Assembly: GCA_030019215.1 (NCBI GenBank)
Contig: JASEEZ010000001.1
Location: forward strand, 16,588 to 80,587
Source of the DNA: Actinomycetota bacterium
GTDB lineage: Bacteria > Actinomycetota > Aquicultoria > Subteraquimicrobiales > UBA9087
Direction of reading: 5' to 3'
Length of the DNA stretch: 64,000 nucleotides
This document shows, in pieces, positions 29,323-39,604 of this stretch (the first letter of the stretch is position 1; every line of letters starts with the position of its first letter). Under the pieces are notes generated by a model. The model saw only the letters and a list, made by a program, of their open reading frames with translations. It was not told the DNA's origin and did not search any database. Position numbers and translations under genes: made by a program.

Positions 29323-29745
29323 CTACTCCTCCCGCACCCAGTTAACCCTGACGAACTCCTCCTTCTTGAGCCACGTTATTTCGAGTTTTCCCGAAAAGGC
29401 TTTTTCAAACTCCTTACCGATGCGCTCGGCCAAGACATGATCGGTCGTTTCAACCGTTATGCCCTCGTCGTCCTCCATCAGCTCAAATATTCGAGCAGCC
29501 ACGTTTTTTCTCCTCTTTTTCTCCGCAACGTTCTTTATGAGATTGAGCGCCTCCTCCCTGTGTTCCTTCAAAAATTTCCCTTTCAGATGAACAACCCCAT
29601 CCACCCTCCTCTTCTCCAGGCGATCACAGCCGGGGCACAGGGCCGCCTCCACCTTCCCCCTCTTTTTGAGTCTGAGGTACTCCTCTTCGTCGTAGATCCA
29701 CTTTTGACCGTCGAAGACCGCCACGCATTTAGAGCAGATTTTCAT
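29323..29745 (-). CDS. Zinc-ribbon domain protein (CSKC...CPGC), hypothetical. Translationally coupled to the downstream NTPase.
   Basis: 140 aa with two CxxC pairs and a lysine-rich middle; overlaps the next gene by 17 nt. Confidence 0.4.
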   Translation of the reverse strand: MKICSKCVAVFDGQKWIYDEEEYLRLKKRGKVEAALCPGCDRLEKRRVDGVVHLKGKFLKEHREEALNLIKNVAEKKRRKNVAARIFELMEDDEGITVETTDHVLAERIGKEFEKAFSGKLEITWLKKEEFVRVNWVREE

Positions 29746-30298
29746 CTTCGCCTCCTCTGGAATCCTTCACCAACTTTGCCACCTCAGAAACCAGGGCATC
29801 CCTGTTGCCCGGGGTTACCACCAGGAGGTGAACATCTTTTCTCCTCTTGATCTCCTCCACAAAGGGATCGGAAATCCTCCCGATCGTCGCCAGAACGAGG
29901 GAACCACCGTCCAAAGCACTCAACGCAGCGCTTCTGAACCTCGCCGAATGGAGTTCCATCTTTCCAATTTCGTCGATGACCACAGTCTTTTCCTCTCGAA
30001 CAGCCCGTTCCACAGCAGAAACTCCCAACCACTCAAAGACCTCAATGTCCACCCCGTATTTACCCACCCGAAAGGGGCTCTCGATATCGACATGGGCAAG
30101 AACCCCCTCCTGCCCATCGAAGTTGGTCACCTTAAAGCCCTTCCTGATGCCCTTCTCTCGAATCTCCTCAGTGTAGAAGCCGCCCACTTCACCGGACATC
30201 TCTTCAAGAACCCTTCTTATCAGAGTCGTTTTCCCAACTCCAGGAGAACCCGTGATTAAAATGTTCAAGGCCCCTCTCCTAAAACCATCCTCAATCAA
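29729..30298 (-). CDS. Nucleoside-triphosphatase, THEP1/COG1618-like (archaeal-type NTPase).
   Basis: P-loop GSPGVGKTT and overall similarity to MJ1559/THEP1-type NTPases; 189 aa. Confidence 0.55.
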   Translation of the reverse strand: MIEDGFRRGALNILITGSPGVGKTTLIRRVLEEMSGEVGGFYTEEIREKGIRKGFKVTNFDGQEGVLAHVDIESPFRVGKYGVDIEVFEWLGVSAVERAVREEKTVVIDEIGKMELHSARFRSAALSALDGGSLVLATIGRISDPFVEEIKRRKDVHLLVVTPGNRDALVSEVAKLVKDSRGGEDENLL

Positions 30299-30834
30299 TC
30301 CGTGATCTTCAAATCGAGAGCGACTACGAAACCTCTCAGCTCTCTGGCCATCGATTCACCCTTGATGCGGTACTCCCCGACGGAGACCAGCTGCCCCTGC
30401 AAATCCCGTTGGTCCCAGGAAACCGCGTGCACCTCCCTTTGACCGGGCTCAAAAACATCCTCCCGCAACATCATGGTAAAGACCTTGTCCACCGACCATC
30501 GCCAGATCTCCTTTCCCTGAAAATCATCCACGACAACGTCGAACTTCTGACCGGATGAAAAGGAAAGTTTCCTAGGAGCATCACCGACATTCTCCAGGAC
30601 AAGCTTGATGGGAATTGCCCTCCCGGTTTTAACCTCCGCTTGGGGGATCTCGAGAGTGATCTTGATCTCTTTCACCTCAATGACCTCGTAGTTCTTCCGA
30701 GGAGCGGGAGTAATGGGGGGAACCTTTTGGGTCTCCCGCGCTGGGGGAGCGATCACCAGACGAATGATCACCAGACAAAGAAAGGCTCCCGCCAAAATCG
30801 CCAGCAACAAAAACAAAAACTTTCTATTGCTCAC
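30295..30834 (-). CDS. Membrane-anchored protein with a BsuPI-like intracellular proteinase inhibitor domain.
   Basis: N-terminal TM helix and a beta-rich domain (...LVLENVGDAPRKLSFSSGQKFDVVV..) resembling BsuPI. Confidence 0.45.
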   Translation of the reverse strand: MSNRKFLFLLLAILAGAFLCLVIIRLVIAPPARETQKVPPITPAPRKNYEVIEVKEIKITLEIPQAEVKTGRAIPIKLVLENVGDAPRKLSFSSGQKFDVVVDDFQGKEIWRWSVDKVFTMMLREDVFEPGQREVHAVSWDQRDLQGQLVSVGEYRIKGESMARELRGFVVALDLKITD

Positions 30835-31993
30835 AACCGACCTCGAAAAAGGGAGGCAGGCCTTTGTAAACCCTGGGCACCCTCTCGCTTATCATGCAAA
30901 CGATCTCGTAGTTGATCGTCCCCAGAATCTCAGCGAGCTCGTCGGCGGGTATTTCCTCCCCATCCTGCCGACCGAGCAGCACAACCTCGGTTCCCACCCT
31001 TGCATCAGGGTTGTCTCCGATATCGACCATGCACTGATCCATGCACACGTTTCCCACTACCGGAGCCCGCCTCCCCAATACGAGAACATCGCTCCTATTG
31101 GAAAACAACCTGGTATAGCCATCACCATAGCCGAGAGGGAGAATAGCAATCCGGGTGTCTCTGGATGCTCTGTAGGTGAGACCATAGCTCACGCCTTCCC
31201 CAGGAGCGAGAGATCTCATGGCAGAAATCCGAGTTTTCCACTCCAGGGCGGGAATTAAGGAGACCTTTCCCTTCGTAGCCGAGGAAGGGTGAAGACCGTA
31301 CAGAGTGATACCGATTCGCACCATATCTAAGTGGGTTTTTGGGAAAAAGATGGTCGCCGCGCTGTTCGCCGCATGCCTCAAGGGAATCCTAAGCCTCCTC
31401 CCCTCCAGCTCCGAGAGGAGATTCTCAAACTTCCCAAACTGCTCCATCGTGTAATCATCTTCGGGCTGATCCGCCAGGGCAAAATGAGTGAATATCCCCT
31501 CGACCTCAAGATTTTTTAAAGCCCCCAGGCGTTCCAAAAAAGCCGGTGTCTCCTCAGGTGAAAGCCCCAAGCGACTCATGCCGGTGTCTACCTTCACGTG
31601 AACCTTGACGACCTTATCTCTCTCCTGAGCCCAGCGAGAGAGCTCCTTTAACAACTCCCAGGAGCAGACAGTGGGAATCAAATTGTGATCGACGACCAAC
31701 TCGGCAGCAGAGAAGGGAACCTCATGCAAAACTTGAATGGGGGCCTCAATCCCCACTCGGCGAAGCCTCACACCTTCCTCGACCAGAGCCACACCGAGTC
31801 TGTCCGCTCCGCTTTCCAAAACCACTCGGGAGACCTCTTCGATTCCATGACCATAGGCATCGGCTTTTACTACCGCCATGAACAAGGTAGTTGGCTCGAT
31901 GAAACTTCTCATGACGGCAACATTCTTTCGAATAGCCGAAAGATCCACCTCAGTCCAGACTGGCCGTCGGTAACCCAAAAGAGCCCCCTTCAA
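30824..31993 (-). CDS. alr: Alanine racemase.
   Basis: PLP site AVVKADAYGHG and a C-terminal beta domain; 389 aa. Confidence 0.9.
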   Translation of the reverse strand: MKGALLGYRRPVWTEVDLSAIRKNVAVMRSFIEPTTLFMAVVKADAYGHGIEEVSRVVLESGADRLGVALVEEGVRLRRVGIEAPIQVLHEVPFSAAELVVDHNLIPTVCSWELLKELSRWAQERDKVVKVHVKVDTGMSRLGLSPEETPAFLERLGALKNLEVEGIFTHFALADQPEDDYTMEQFGKFENLLSELEGRRLRIPLRHAANSAATIFFPKTHLDMVRIGITLYGLHPSSATKGKVSLIPALEWKTRISAMRSLAPGEGVSYGLTYRASRDTRIAILPLGYGDGYTRLFSNRSDVLVLGRRAPVVGNVCMDQCMVDIGDNPDARVGTEVVLLGRQDGEEIPADELAEILGTINYEIVCMISERVPRVYKGLPPFFEVGCEQ

Positions 31994-32448
31994 TCCCTGG
32001 CTATCGCCCTGACGATATCCCCCTTGGTCACCATCCCCACTATCTTGTCCCCACGAAGGACGGGAACTCGGCTGACATCCTTCTCGACCATGAGAGTGGC
32101 GATCTCTTCCAGAAGGGTATCCTCGCTCACCGTAACAACATTGGAGGTCATAACATCCTCCGCCCGTGCACCCACAGCCTTTCTTAATTCCCTCTCAAAC
32201 TTTCCAAAACTCTGAAGGAAGATAAAGCCATCGAGAAGGTGAATGTAGGTCGGGAAATGAATGCGGACATCCTGCATTATCAGGTCACCCTCGGTAACGA
32301 TCCCGACCAGTTTGCCGTTCTCGTCGACGACAGGAGCCCCGCCGATCTTTCTCTCGGCAAATAGCTTCGCCACCTCTTTCACTGGAGTTCCCTCCTCAAT
32401 GACCAGAACTTCTTTACTCATAACATCCCTGGCCTTTAATTCTCCCAT
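31990..32448 (-). CDS. CBS-domain pair protein. True start MGELKARDV with RBS GGAGGAGG; the track ORF is N-extended into a repeat region.
   Basis: Two CBS motifs (VMSKEVLVIEEGTPV..., VMTSNVVTVSEDTLL...). Confidence 0.7.
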   Translation of the reverse strand: MGELKARDVMSKEVLVIEEGTPVKEVAKLFAERKIGGAPVVDENGKLVGIVTEGDLIMQDVRIHFPTYIHLLDGFIFLQSFGKFERELRKAVGARAEDVMTSNVVTVSEDTLLEEIATLMVEKDVSRVPVLRGDKIVGMVTKGDIVRAIARD

Positions 32449-32449
32449 T

Positions 32450-32870
32450 CCTTCCTCCTCCGTTGCTGGAATAGTTATTCGAAATTCGTTATTAGTTATT
32501 AGTTGACAGTTAACCCGCCAGCTTAGAGCACGGAGCTTAGAGCTTGGAGCCAATGAGTCGGTAGTCCCCCGTAAGACCTCCAACTCCAAAATCCTAATTT
32601 TCCAAACGTTGTTTTGCCATGTCTGACGGCAGGCAGGAATTTTGTATTTTGAATTTCGTGCTTAGTGCTTCGAATTTCTTACTTCTTAATTCTTCCTTCT
32701 TAATTCTTAATTGTGATCGGCTCCCCACTCCCGACTCTTTATCATCCCTGGCGACTGGTGACTGGCAGCTGGTCCCTGGTTCCTGGTTCTTCGTCCTTCG
32801 TCCTTCATCCCTTGACTCGTGACCCATGCCCCATGACCCCTGTACCCTATTCTTTGCTCAATTCCCATTT
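32450..32870. repeat. Mosaic low-complexity intergenic repeat region (diverged member of the 40.6-kb / 63.6-kb repeat family).
   Basis: Shares words TTCGTTATTAGT, CTTAGAGCTTGGAGC, CTGGTTCCTG, CCTTGACTC, GACCCCTG and AATCCTAA with 40560-41040 and 63590-63713. Confidence 0.5.
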
Positions 32871-34391
32871 TTACGAGCCAGTTTCCGCCATCAATTTCTT
32901 GAAAGCCATCGGCAAGCAATTAAGAAGATCGCCGGCGATTAAACAATACTCCGTCAGTTCCTGTGCAGCAATATCCCCAGCCAACCCGTGAAGGTAGGTC
33001 CCCAGAACGGCAGCCTTAAAGGGCTCGACCCCTTGAGAAAGTAGGCCGGCGATCAACCCGGTGAGCACATCCCCCGTCCCGGCCGTCGCCATTCCCGGAT
33101 TACCGGTGGTGTTCACGACCAATTCTTGAGAAGAACCAACTATCGAGCGCGCTCCCTTGAGAACAATGACAACGTCCCATTCCTTCGCTGCCCTCCTGGT
33201 AAATTGCAATCGATCAAGCTGTACCTCCCCCGCAGTAATCCCGAACAACCCGGCGAGCTCTCCGGGATGAGGAGTAATGACAGTCGGGTAGGACCGCTTG
33301 CTCAAAATATCTACCTTGCCCATAAGAGCATTCAATCCGTCGGCATCCAGAACCAGGGGAAGGCAAACACTCTCCACCAGTTTGAGAACGAGGGAGACCG
33401 TCTCCGCCTCACGGGACAAGCCTGGTCCCAGAGCAAGCACATCGAAGGAGGGAATGAGTTCCTCAATGGGATCAAGGGCTTCAAGACTTAGAGAACCCGA
33501 AGCCGTTTCCGGAAGAGGAACGGTCATGACCTCGGTTACCTTCTCCTCCAGAATACTATTTAAACTCCCGGGGATGCCCAGGGTGACCAGACCGGCTCCG
33601 GATCGCAGAGCAGCCAGGGAAGTCAAGGATGCCGCACCAGTCATTCCAATCGAGCCCGCCACAACCAAGACCCTGCCGCAGGCCTTCTTATGAACATCCA
33701 CTTCCCGAGTCGGAAGAAAAGTTCTCACCTCATCAGGAGAGGAGAGTGAAACATCGCTTGCCCGCTCGATCAGACCCTCCGGTACCCCCAAACCGGCCAC
33801 CTCTAGTTCGCCCACAAAATCGGCCCCGGGGTAAATCACCAGACCAACCTTTGGGCAGATAAAGGTGACTGTCCTATCGGCCTTGATGCAAGCACCTTGA
33901 ACAGAACCGGTATTCGCCTCCAGGCCCGAGGGGACATCGACGGAAAGAACGGGACAGGAGACCAGATTCATCTCCTTTATCACCTCTGCAACCAGTCCCT
34001 TCGTCGCTCCCTCGAAACCGATGCCAAAGATAGCGTCAATGACCAGATTCGTCCCCTGTAGGGCGGCTCTGAAATCTTCTAAATTCTCGGAGGTCAAAGA
34101 TCGACAATCCAGTGGAAGGTCTTTCAAGGCTTTGAAGGCATCAGCCGCTGCAGAAGATAAATCCTTCTCCGGGGACAACGTAAATACCTTGACCCAGAGA
34201 CCCCTCTCGCAAAGAAAGCGCGAGGCGACAAATCCATCTCCTCCGTTGTTGCCCTTTCCGCAGATCACCACCACTTCCCCGCCGGTGAGCATCTCAGTAG
34301 CGCTGTCGGCCACTGCCCTTCCCGCCCTTTCCATGAGATCTCTCACGGAGATACCCAGCTCCTTTACCGCCACCATCTCCAGTCTTCGCAT
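32871..34391 (-). CDS. nnr: Bifunctional NAD(P)H-hydrate repair enzyme Nnr (YjeF-N epimerase plus YjeF-C dehydratase). Start assigned to MRRLEMVAVKELGI.
   Basis: GKGNNGGDG (YjeF-N) and the C-terminal carbohydrate-kinase-like domain with GxGDVL. Confidence 0.8.
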   Translation of the reverse strand: MRRLEMVAVKELGISVRDLMERAGRAVADSATEMLTGGEVVVICGKGNNGGDGFVASRFLCERGLWVKVFTLSPEKDLSSAAADAFKALKDLPLDCRSLTSENLEDFRAALQGTNLVIDAIFGIGFEGATKGLVAEVIKEMNLVSCPVLSVDVPSGLEANTGSVQGACIKADRTVTFICPKVGLVIYPGADFVGELEVAGLGVPEGLIERASDVSLSSPDEVRTFLPTREVDVHKKACGRVLVVAGSIGMTGAASLTSLAALRSGAGLVTLGIPGSLNSILEEKVTEVMTVPLPETASGSLSLEALDPIEELIPSFDVLALGPGLSREAETVSLVLKLVESVCLPLVLDADGLNALMGKVDILSKRSYPTVITPHPGELAGLFGITAGEVQLDRLQFTRRAAKEWDVVIVLKGARSIVGSSQELVVNTTGNPGMATAGTGDVLTGLIAGLLSQGVEPFKAAVLGTYLHGLAGDIAAQELTEYCLIAGDLLNCLPMAFKKLMAETGS

Positions 34392-34416
34392 TTCCCGACC
34401 ACTTACAACGCGCAAA

Positions 34417-34797
34417 TCAACTCCCCCCCAATGCGATGGCCGAGGCGATGGCATTACCTCCACTGAAGGAGAGACTGATGAGAACATCGGATATCCCTTT
34501 TTCTCGCGCCATCAGAGCTGCTCCTCCATCGAGGTAAAGAAGGGGTCTTCCCAGGGAATCACGACGAACCTCTAAATCCGTCCACCTCACTCCCCGAAAA
34601 CCCGTCCCGAGAGCCTTCAGCGCTGCTTCCTTTGCCGCGAAGCGAACGGCGAAGTGAAGGTGGGCTCGAGCTTTGCTCAGGCAATACTCCTGCTCTCGGG
34701 AGGTAAATAGACGCGATTGAAGTCTGGGGTATTTTTCAATGGCTCTTTTGAGGCGGGCAATCTCCACAATATCGACGCCGATTCCTTTTACAACCAA
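34417..34797 (-). CDS. acpS: Holo-[acyl-carrier-protein] synthase.
   Basis: IGVDIVEIARL...; 126 aa. Confidence 0.85.
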   Translation of the reverse strand: MVVKGIGVDIVEIARLKRAIEKYPRLQSRLFTSREQEYCLSKARAHLHFAVRFAAKEAALKALGTGFRGVRWTDLEVRRDSLGRPLLYLDGGAALMAREKGISDVLISLSFSGGNAIASAIALGGS

Positions 34798-34825
34798 GCG
34801 GCCCTCCTCCTTTCGCCATTCGACC

Positions 34826-36652
34826 TCACTCGACCGTCACGCTCTTGGCCAAATTCCTGGGTTGATCCACATTGCAACCACGCAATTTGGCAACATAATA
34901 GGCAAAGAGCTGGAGGGGAATCACCGCCAATATGGGGGATAAGAACTCCGAGGTTTCGGGAACACAAAAAACATGATCGGCCAATTTCGCAATCTCCTCA
35001 TCACCCTCATTGGCTACGGTGATGACCGTGGCGCCCCTGGCTCTGACCTCCTGAATGTTGCTCGTGACCTTCTCGTGAACCTGACCCCTCGTGGCGACCA
35101 CCACGACGGGAACGTCTCCATCGATGAGAGCTATCGGCCCATGCTTCATCTCCCCCGCCGGGCAACCCTCGGCATGAATATACGATATCTCCTTAAGCTT
35201 AAGCGCTCCCTCGAGGGCAACCGGCAACCCCATTCCTCGTCCCAAAAACAAGAAGTTTGAACGAGCGTGATACTTCCTAGCGCATCCCTCAATCTCGGCG
35301 TGGTTGGAGAGAACCTTCTCCGTCAACTCCGGCAATCTTAAGACCTCCGCCACTATCTTTTCCATCTCCTCCAAGGAAAGTGTCTCCCGGGCCCGAGCCA
35401 GATAAAGGGCAAGGACGTAGAGGGCCGCCATCTGCGCAACCAGGGTCTTGGTAGCAGCGACCCCGATTTCAGGACCAGCGTGGGTATAAAAGACCCCATC
35501 CGCTTCCCTCGTCACGCTGCTCCCCACCACGTTGGTGATGGCCATCACCCTGGCTCCCTTGCGCTTAGCCTCCCGAATGCCAGCTAGCGTATCGGCGGTC
35601 TCGCCTGATTGAGTGATGGCAATAACCAGAGTATCGGAATCAACGAGGGGATCCTGATATCTGAACTCCGAGGAGATGTCCGTTTCGACAGGAAGACGCG
35701 CCCACTTCTCGATGATTCGCTTGCCCATCAGGCCAGCATGATAAGACGTTCCACAGGCAACCATGAACACCTTTTTCAAATTCTTTATCTCTTCCTCGGT
35801 CAGCGCAACCTCGTCCAGACTTATCCGACAATCCGCACCGATTCTCCCCCTTAAAGTTTCCCGAATGGCAACCGGCTGCTCGAATATCTCCTTGAGCATG
35901 AAATCCTCGTAGCCTCCCTTTTCCGCCGCCTCCGCACCCCATTTAACACGAAAGACTTCCCGATCAACCGGTTGGTTACCCAGCGTGGTTATCTTGACTC
36001 CATCCTGATTCACCTTGGCTATCTCGCCGTCTTTCAAAATCAAAACATCCCTGGTATGACCTAGAATCGCGGGGATGTCCGAAGCCACGAAATACTCACC
36101 CTTCCCCAATCCAACGACCAAGGGACTATCTTTCCTGGCAGCCACCACAACATCCGGCTCGTCCTTGCAGATCACCACAATGGCAAAAGAACCTTCCACC
36201 CTCTTTAGCGACTGGCGGGCGGCTTCAGCGAGATCCCCCCGATAATTTTCCTCGATGAGATGGACGAGGACTTCCGTATCCGTCTCTGAGTGAAAGGTGT
36301 GCCCCCTCGATTCCAGTTCCTCGCGCAAACCAAAAAAATTTTCGATTATGCCGTTGTGGACGAGGGCAATTCTACCTGTGCAATCGATGTGAGGATGGGC
36401 ATTCATTTCAGAGGGCCTTCCATGCGTTGCCCACCTGGTATGACCAATACCAACCCACCCCTCGGGATTACTCTCCTTGACCGCCCTTTCGAGCTCTTCT
36501 AGGTGACCCTTCCTTCGAACGATGCTTATCTCGCCATCGCTCAAAATGGCCAGCCCAGCCGAGTCATAGCCCCTGTATTCGAGCTTCTTGAGTCCCTCCA
36601 GCAGAATCGGGGTTGAATTTTTATTTCCGATGTACCCAACTATTCCACACAC
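34826..36652 (-). CDS. glmS: Glutamine--fructose-6-phosphate aminotransferase.
   Basis: MCGIVGY N-terminus, two SIS domains and C-terminal ...VTVE; 608 aa. Confidence 0.95.
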   Translation of the reverse strand: MCGIVGYIGNKNSTPILLEGLKKLEYRGYDSAGLAILSDGEISIVRRKGHLEELERAVKESNPEGWVGIGHTRWATHGRPSEMNAHPHIDCTGRIALVHNGIIENFFGLREELESRGHTFHSETDTEVLVHLIEENYRGDLAEAARQSLKRVEGSFAIVVICKDEPDVVVAARKDSPLVVGLGKGEYFVASDIPAILGHTRDVLILKDGEIAKVNQDGVKITTLGNQPVDREVFRVKWGAEAAEKGGYEDFMLKEIFEQPVAIRETLRGRIGADCRISLDEVALTEEEIKNLKKVFMVACGTSYHAGLMGKRIIEKWARLPVETDISSEFRYQDPLVDSDTLVIAITQSGETADTLAGIREAKRKGARVMAITNVVGSSVTREADGVFYTHAGPEIGVAATKTLVAQMAALYVLALYLARARETLSLEEMEKIVAEVLRLPELTEKVLSNHAEIEGCARKYHARSNFLFLGRGMGLPVALEGALKLKEISYIHAEGCPAGEMKHGPIALIDGDVPVVVVATRGQVHEKVTSNIQEVRARGATVITVANEGDEEIAKLADHVFCVPETSEFLSPILAVIPLQLFAYYVAKLRGCNVDQPRNLAKSVTVE

Positions 36653-36687
36653 AAATTTTCCCTCCGAACCAAAAATCTCTTTGAAAT

Positions 36688-38022
36688 CTAAACGAGCTTT
36701 CTCTCGATTATACCAGCAATCCTCCGCGCGATGGAGTTTGCCTCCTCCTCACTATCACTCTCGACCATCACTCTGACCAGTGGCTCCGTGCCTGAGGGAC
36801 GCACCAGTACCCGTCCTCTGCCCTCTAATTCCTCTTCGGCAGCCCTGACCTCCCTCCAAACCTCGGTAGCCGACTCCAATTGCCCCCTGTCCTTCAAGGG
36901 AACATTCAGGAGAACCTGAGGTAAGCGACTCATTATTTTCTTCAACTCGGAAAGTTTCTTGGCGGTGTCCCTCATAACCCTCATAAGTTGAAGAGCGGTG
37001 ATGATGCCATCTCCGGTCGTATTGTGCTCGAGGAAGATTATGTGTCCCGACTGCTCCCCTCCCATAACGATATCCCGAGCGAGCATTTCCTCCAAAACAT
37101 ACCTGTCTCCAACCGGGGTTTTCACTACATTTATCCCGTGTCTCCTCATCGCGAGATCGAAACCCATATTCGTCATGACCGTGGTCACCACGGCATTTTG
37201 GGGGAGCCTTCCCTCTCTCTTGAGATGAGTGGCGCAGATGGCCATGGCGAAATCGCCATCGACGATTTCGCCATTCTCATCCACGGCAATCACCCTATCG
37301 GCATCGCCATCGTGAGCCAATCCTAAATCGACCCGGTGAGACCGGACAATCTCTTGAACATACTGAGGATAGGTTGAACCACACTCCTTGTTGATATTCA
37401 CACCATCGGGATTGGCGGCAAAAACAAGAACCTCAGCCCCCAGTTGGCGAAGGACGAGGGGAGAAACGGTGCAAGCGGAACCATTGGCACAATCAAGAGC
37501 CACCGTAAAGCCCTCCAAATCCGCCGGGATCGTGCTCACAACATGATCGACATATCTCTCAACAGCATCGGGAACCTCAAAGATATTACCAACCCCGGCC
37601 CCTGTGGGCCTACGTCTATCCCTCCCCGACATAAGCTCCTCGATCTTATCTTCCGTCTCATCGGAGAGCTTAAAGCCTGTGGAATCAAAAAATTTAATCC
37701 CATTGTACTCGGCCGGATTATGTGACGCTGAGATGACTACCCCGGCATTGGCCCCAAGAACTCTGGTCAAATAAGCAATGCCCGGAGTGGGCATAACCCC
37801 GACCTTCAAAACATCGACCCCAGCGGAACATATCCCAGTCACGAGGGCAGATTCCAGAAGATCACCTGAGATGCGAGTATCTCTGCCCACAACAATTTTC
37901 CCTTTCGAGCCTCGGGGAATCAGAAAGGATGCTCCAGCCCACCCAAGCTTGAACGCTAGTTCTGGGGAGAGATCATCGTTGGCTATACCGCGGACTCCAT
38001 CTGTGCCGAAAAGCCTACCCAA
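36688..38022 (-). CDS. glmM: Phosphoglucosamine mutase.
   Basis: MGRLFGTDGVRG and the active-site loop SASHNP; 444 aa. Confidence 0.95.
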   Translation of the reverse strand: MGRLFGTDGVRGIANDDLSPELAFKLGWAGASFLIPRGSKGKIVVGRDTRISGDLLESALVTGICSAGVDVLKVGVMPTPGIAYLTRVLGANAGVVISASHNPAEYNGIKFFDSTGFKLSDETEDKIEELMSGRDRRRPTGAGVGNIFEVPDAVERYVDHVVSTIPADLEGFTVALDCANGSACTVSPLVLRQLGAEVLVFAANPDGVNINKECGSTYPQYVQEIVRSHRVDLGLAHDGDADRVIAVDENGEIVDGDFAMAICATHLKREGRLPQNAVVTTVMTNMGFDLAMRRHGINVVKTPVGDRYVLEEMLARDIVMGGEQSGHIIFLEHNTTGDGIITALQLMRVMRDTAKKLSELKKIMSRLPQVLLNVPLKDRGQLESATEVWREVRAAEEELEGRGRVLVRPSGTEPLVRVMVESDSEEEANSIARRIAGIIERKLV

Positions 38023-38202
38023 AATCGCCTCCTAAAATAATGCCGGAAGTGGTCTGAATCCACAGGATTAATTCGACAAAGGGATGAGATAACCTCTCAT
38101 GTTGACCGCAATCTCCTCGCAACCGAAGTGATGTCATCACCGCAAGTGAGGCAAAACAGTCGAGAATAAAAGCCAAAAACCGACCATTTGGATGAACACC
38201 AA

Positions 38203-38256
38203 TAAAAAAGAGGTTTGCCGAAGTCGAGTTTCCCTCACACTTCTCAAACCTCTCCG
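38203..38256 (-). terminator. Rho-independent terminator of the rplM-rpsI operon.
   Basis: Minus-strand hairpin AGAGGUUUG...CAAACCUCU followed by UUUUUUAUU. Confidence 0.7.
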
Positions 38257-38271
38257 CTCCCCAAAGGAATT

Positions 38272-38733
38272 TTATCGCTTGGAGAACTGCGGACGCTTGC
38301 GGGCTTTTTTGAGACCGTATTTTCTCCGCTCCTTCATGCGAGGATCACGGGTCAGAAGCCCAGCTTTCTTAAGCTCATCACGGAAGCTCTCATCGGCCTC
38401 GAGTAGGGCCCGGGAGATGCCGTGCACCAGTGCCCCAGCCTGACCAGAAACTCCCCCACCCCTGATGTCGGCGATTACATCAAACTTATTGGCAGTATTG
38501 GTGATATCAAGTGGGCACCTTACAGTCGTGCACAATATCTCCTGACCAAAGTAATCCCTCAGATTCTTCCCCCCTATGTCGAACTCACCTTTGCCCGGCA
38601 CAAGCCGCACACGAGCAACGGCTTCCTTCCTGCGACCAGTGCCATAGTAGACCACTCGCTGCTCGGTGGAGCTAGTTTTTCCTTTTCCTTTGACCTTCTT
38701 CTTCTCGGTTTTTACCTCTTTCTTCACGGGCAT
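38272..38733 (-). CDS. rpsI: 30S ribosomal protein S9 (with a Lys-rich N-terminal extension).
   Basis: [14 protein letters not shown]..., C-terminal [17 protein letters not shown]. Confidence 0.95.
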   Translation of the reverse strand: MPVKKEVKTEKKKVKGKGKTSSTEQRVVYYGTGRRKEAVARVRLVPGKGEFDIGGKNLRDYFGQEILCTTVRCPLDITNTANKFDVIADIRGGGVSGQAGALVHGISRALLEADESFRDELKKAGLLTRDPRMKERRKYGLKKARKRPQFSKR

Positions 38734-38744
38734 CTCTTTCCCTC

Positions 38745-39179
38745 TCAGACATCCAAGGTGATCTTCTCGGGCCCTTGAGCCTGGTGCGGATGGTCAGGAC
38801 CCACGTAAACCTTGAGCTTCTTAAGCATCGCCCTGCCCAGCTTATTGTGGGGCAACATGCCCCTCACGGCTTCCCTTACCACAAAGGTCGGCTTCTCTCT
38901 TATCAAAGTGGCGTAATCGATAGTCTTAAGCCCACCAATATAACCAGAGTGACGATAGTGCATCTTTTTTTCAAGCTTCCCCCCCGTGAGCTTCACCTTC
39001 TCGGCGTTGACAACGATCACGAAATCGCCCGTGTCCATATGGGGGGTGAAAATGGGCTTATGCTTCCCCCTGAGAAACTGGGCCACCTGGCTTGCCAACC
39101 TGCCAAGGGGCACCCCATCGGCATCGACGATCAGCCACTTCCTGGTTATGTCGGACGGTTTTGCGGAATAAGTCCTCAT
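38745..39179 (-). CDS. rplM: 50S ribosomal protein L13. Start [10 protein letters not shown]; the track ORF is N-extended.
   Basis: Classic L13 N-terminus and length. Confidence 0.9.
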   Translation of the reverse strand: MRTYSAKPSDITRKWLIVDADGVPLGRLASQVAQFLRGKHKPIFTPHMDTGDFVIVVNAEKVKLTGGKLEKKMHYRHSGYIGGLKTIDYATLIREKPTFVVREAVRGMLPHNKLGRAMLKKLKVYVGPDHPHQAQGPEKITLDV

Positions 39180-39427
39180 ATCTTCACCAAGCACGGGACG
39201 CATATTTCTACGTCCCACGATACCTTAAAATAAAATACTGAGCTCGCGCCCAGTTAGAGCAGTTCGCAACCTCGATATCTTAGAATAAAAAACCACTGGT
39301 GTCAATAAGCCGAATTGCCTCATCAAAAAAGTACTTGAAATTGAATCGTTGCCTCAAATAAAAAGTACTTGAAACAATAAGTCTCCAAGACGATCTTTTT
39401 TAAAAAGATTAGGAAGGAGACTTGTAA

Positions 39428-39604
39428 GATGCCACTTAGCATGAGAGAAAGAAAAGCGGTAACTAAAGCTTTAAAGATAAGGTACAGCAAAGCAGAAAGA
39501 GAGAGAAGTGGGTTCTTACCAACAACCTCATGTCCTTCATACGCGCGGAATTGGAAATGGCTGATTCTGAGCTTACTTAAGGTTGGAGCCGGCGAGAGGA
39601 TTTG
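39428..39604 (+). CDS. 58-aa ORF with a strong RBS (AGGAAGGAG) whose 3' end overlaps tRNA-Thr on the opposite strand. Possible remnant of an integrated-element gene, or a small regulator.
   Basis: MPLSMRERKAVTKALKIRYSKAERERSGF...; just below the 60-aa track threshold. Confidence 0.2.

Noticed and set aside
31990-32589. N-terminal 47-aa extension of the CBS-domain ORF as annotated in the track (MELEVLRGTTDSLAPSS...).
   Set aside because: The extension is the translation of the mosaic repeat region. A proper RBS (GGAGGAGG) precedes the internal MGELKARDV start at 32448.
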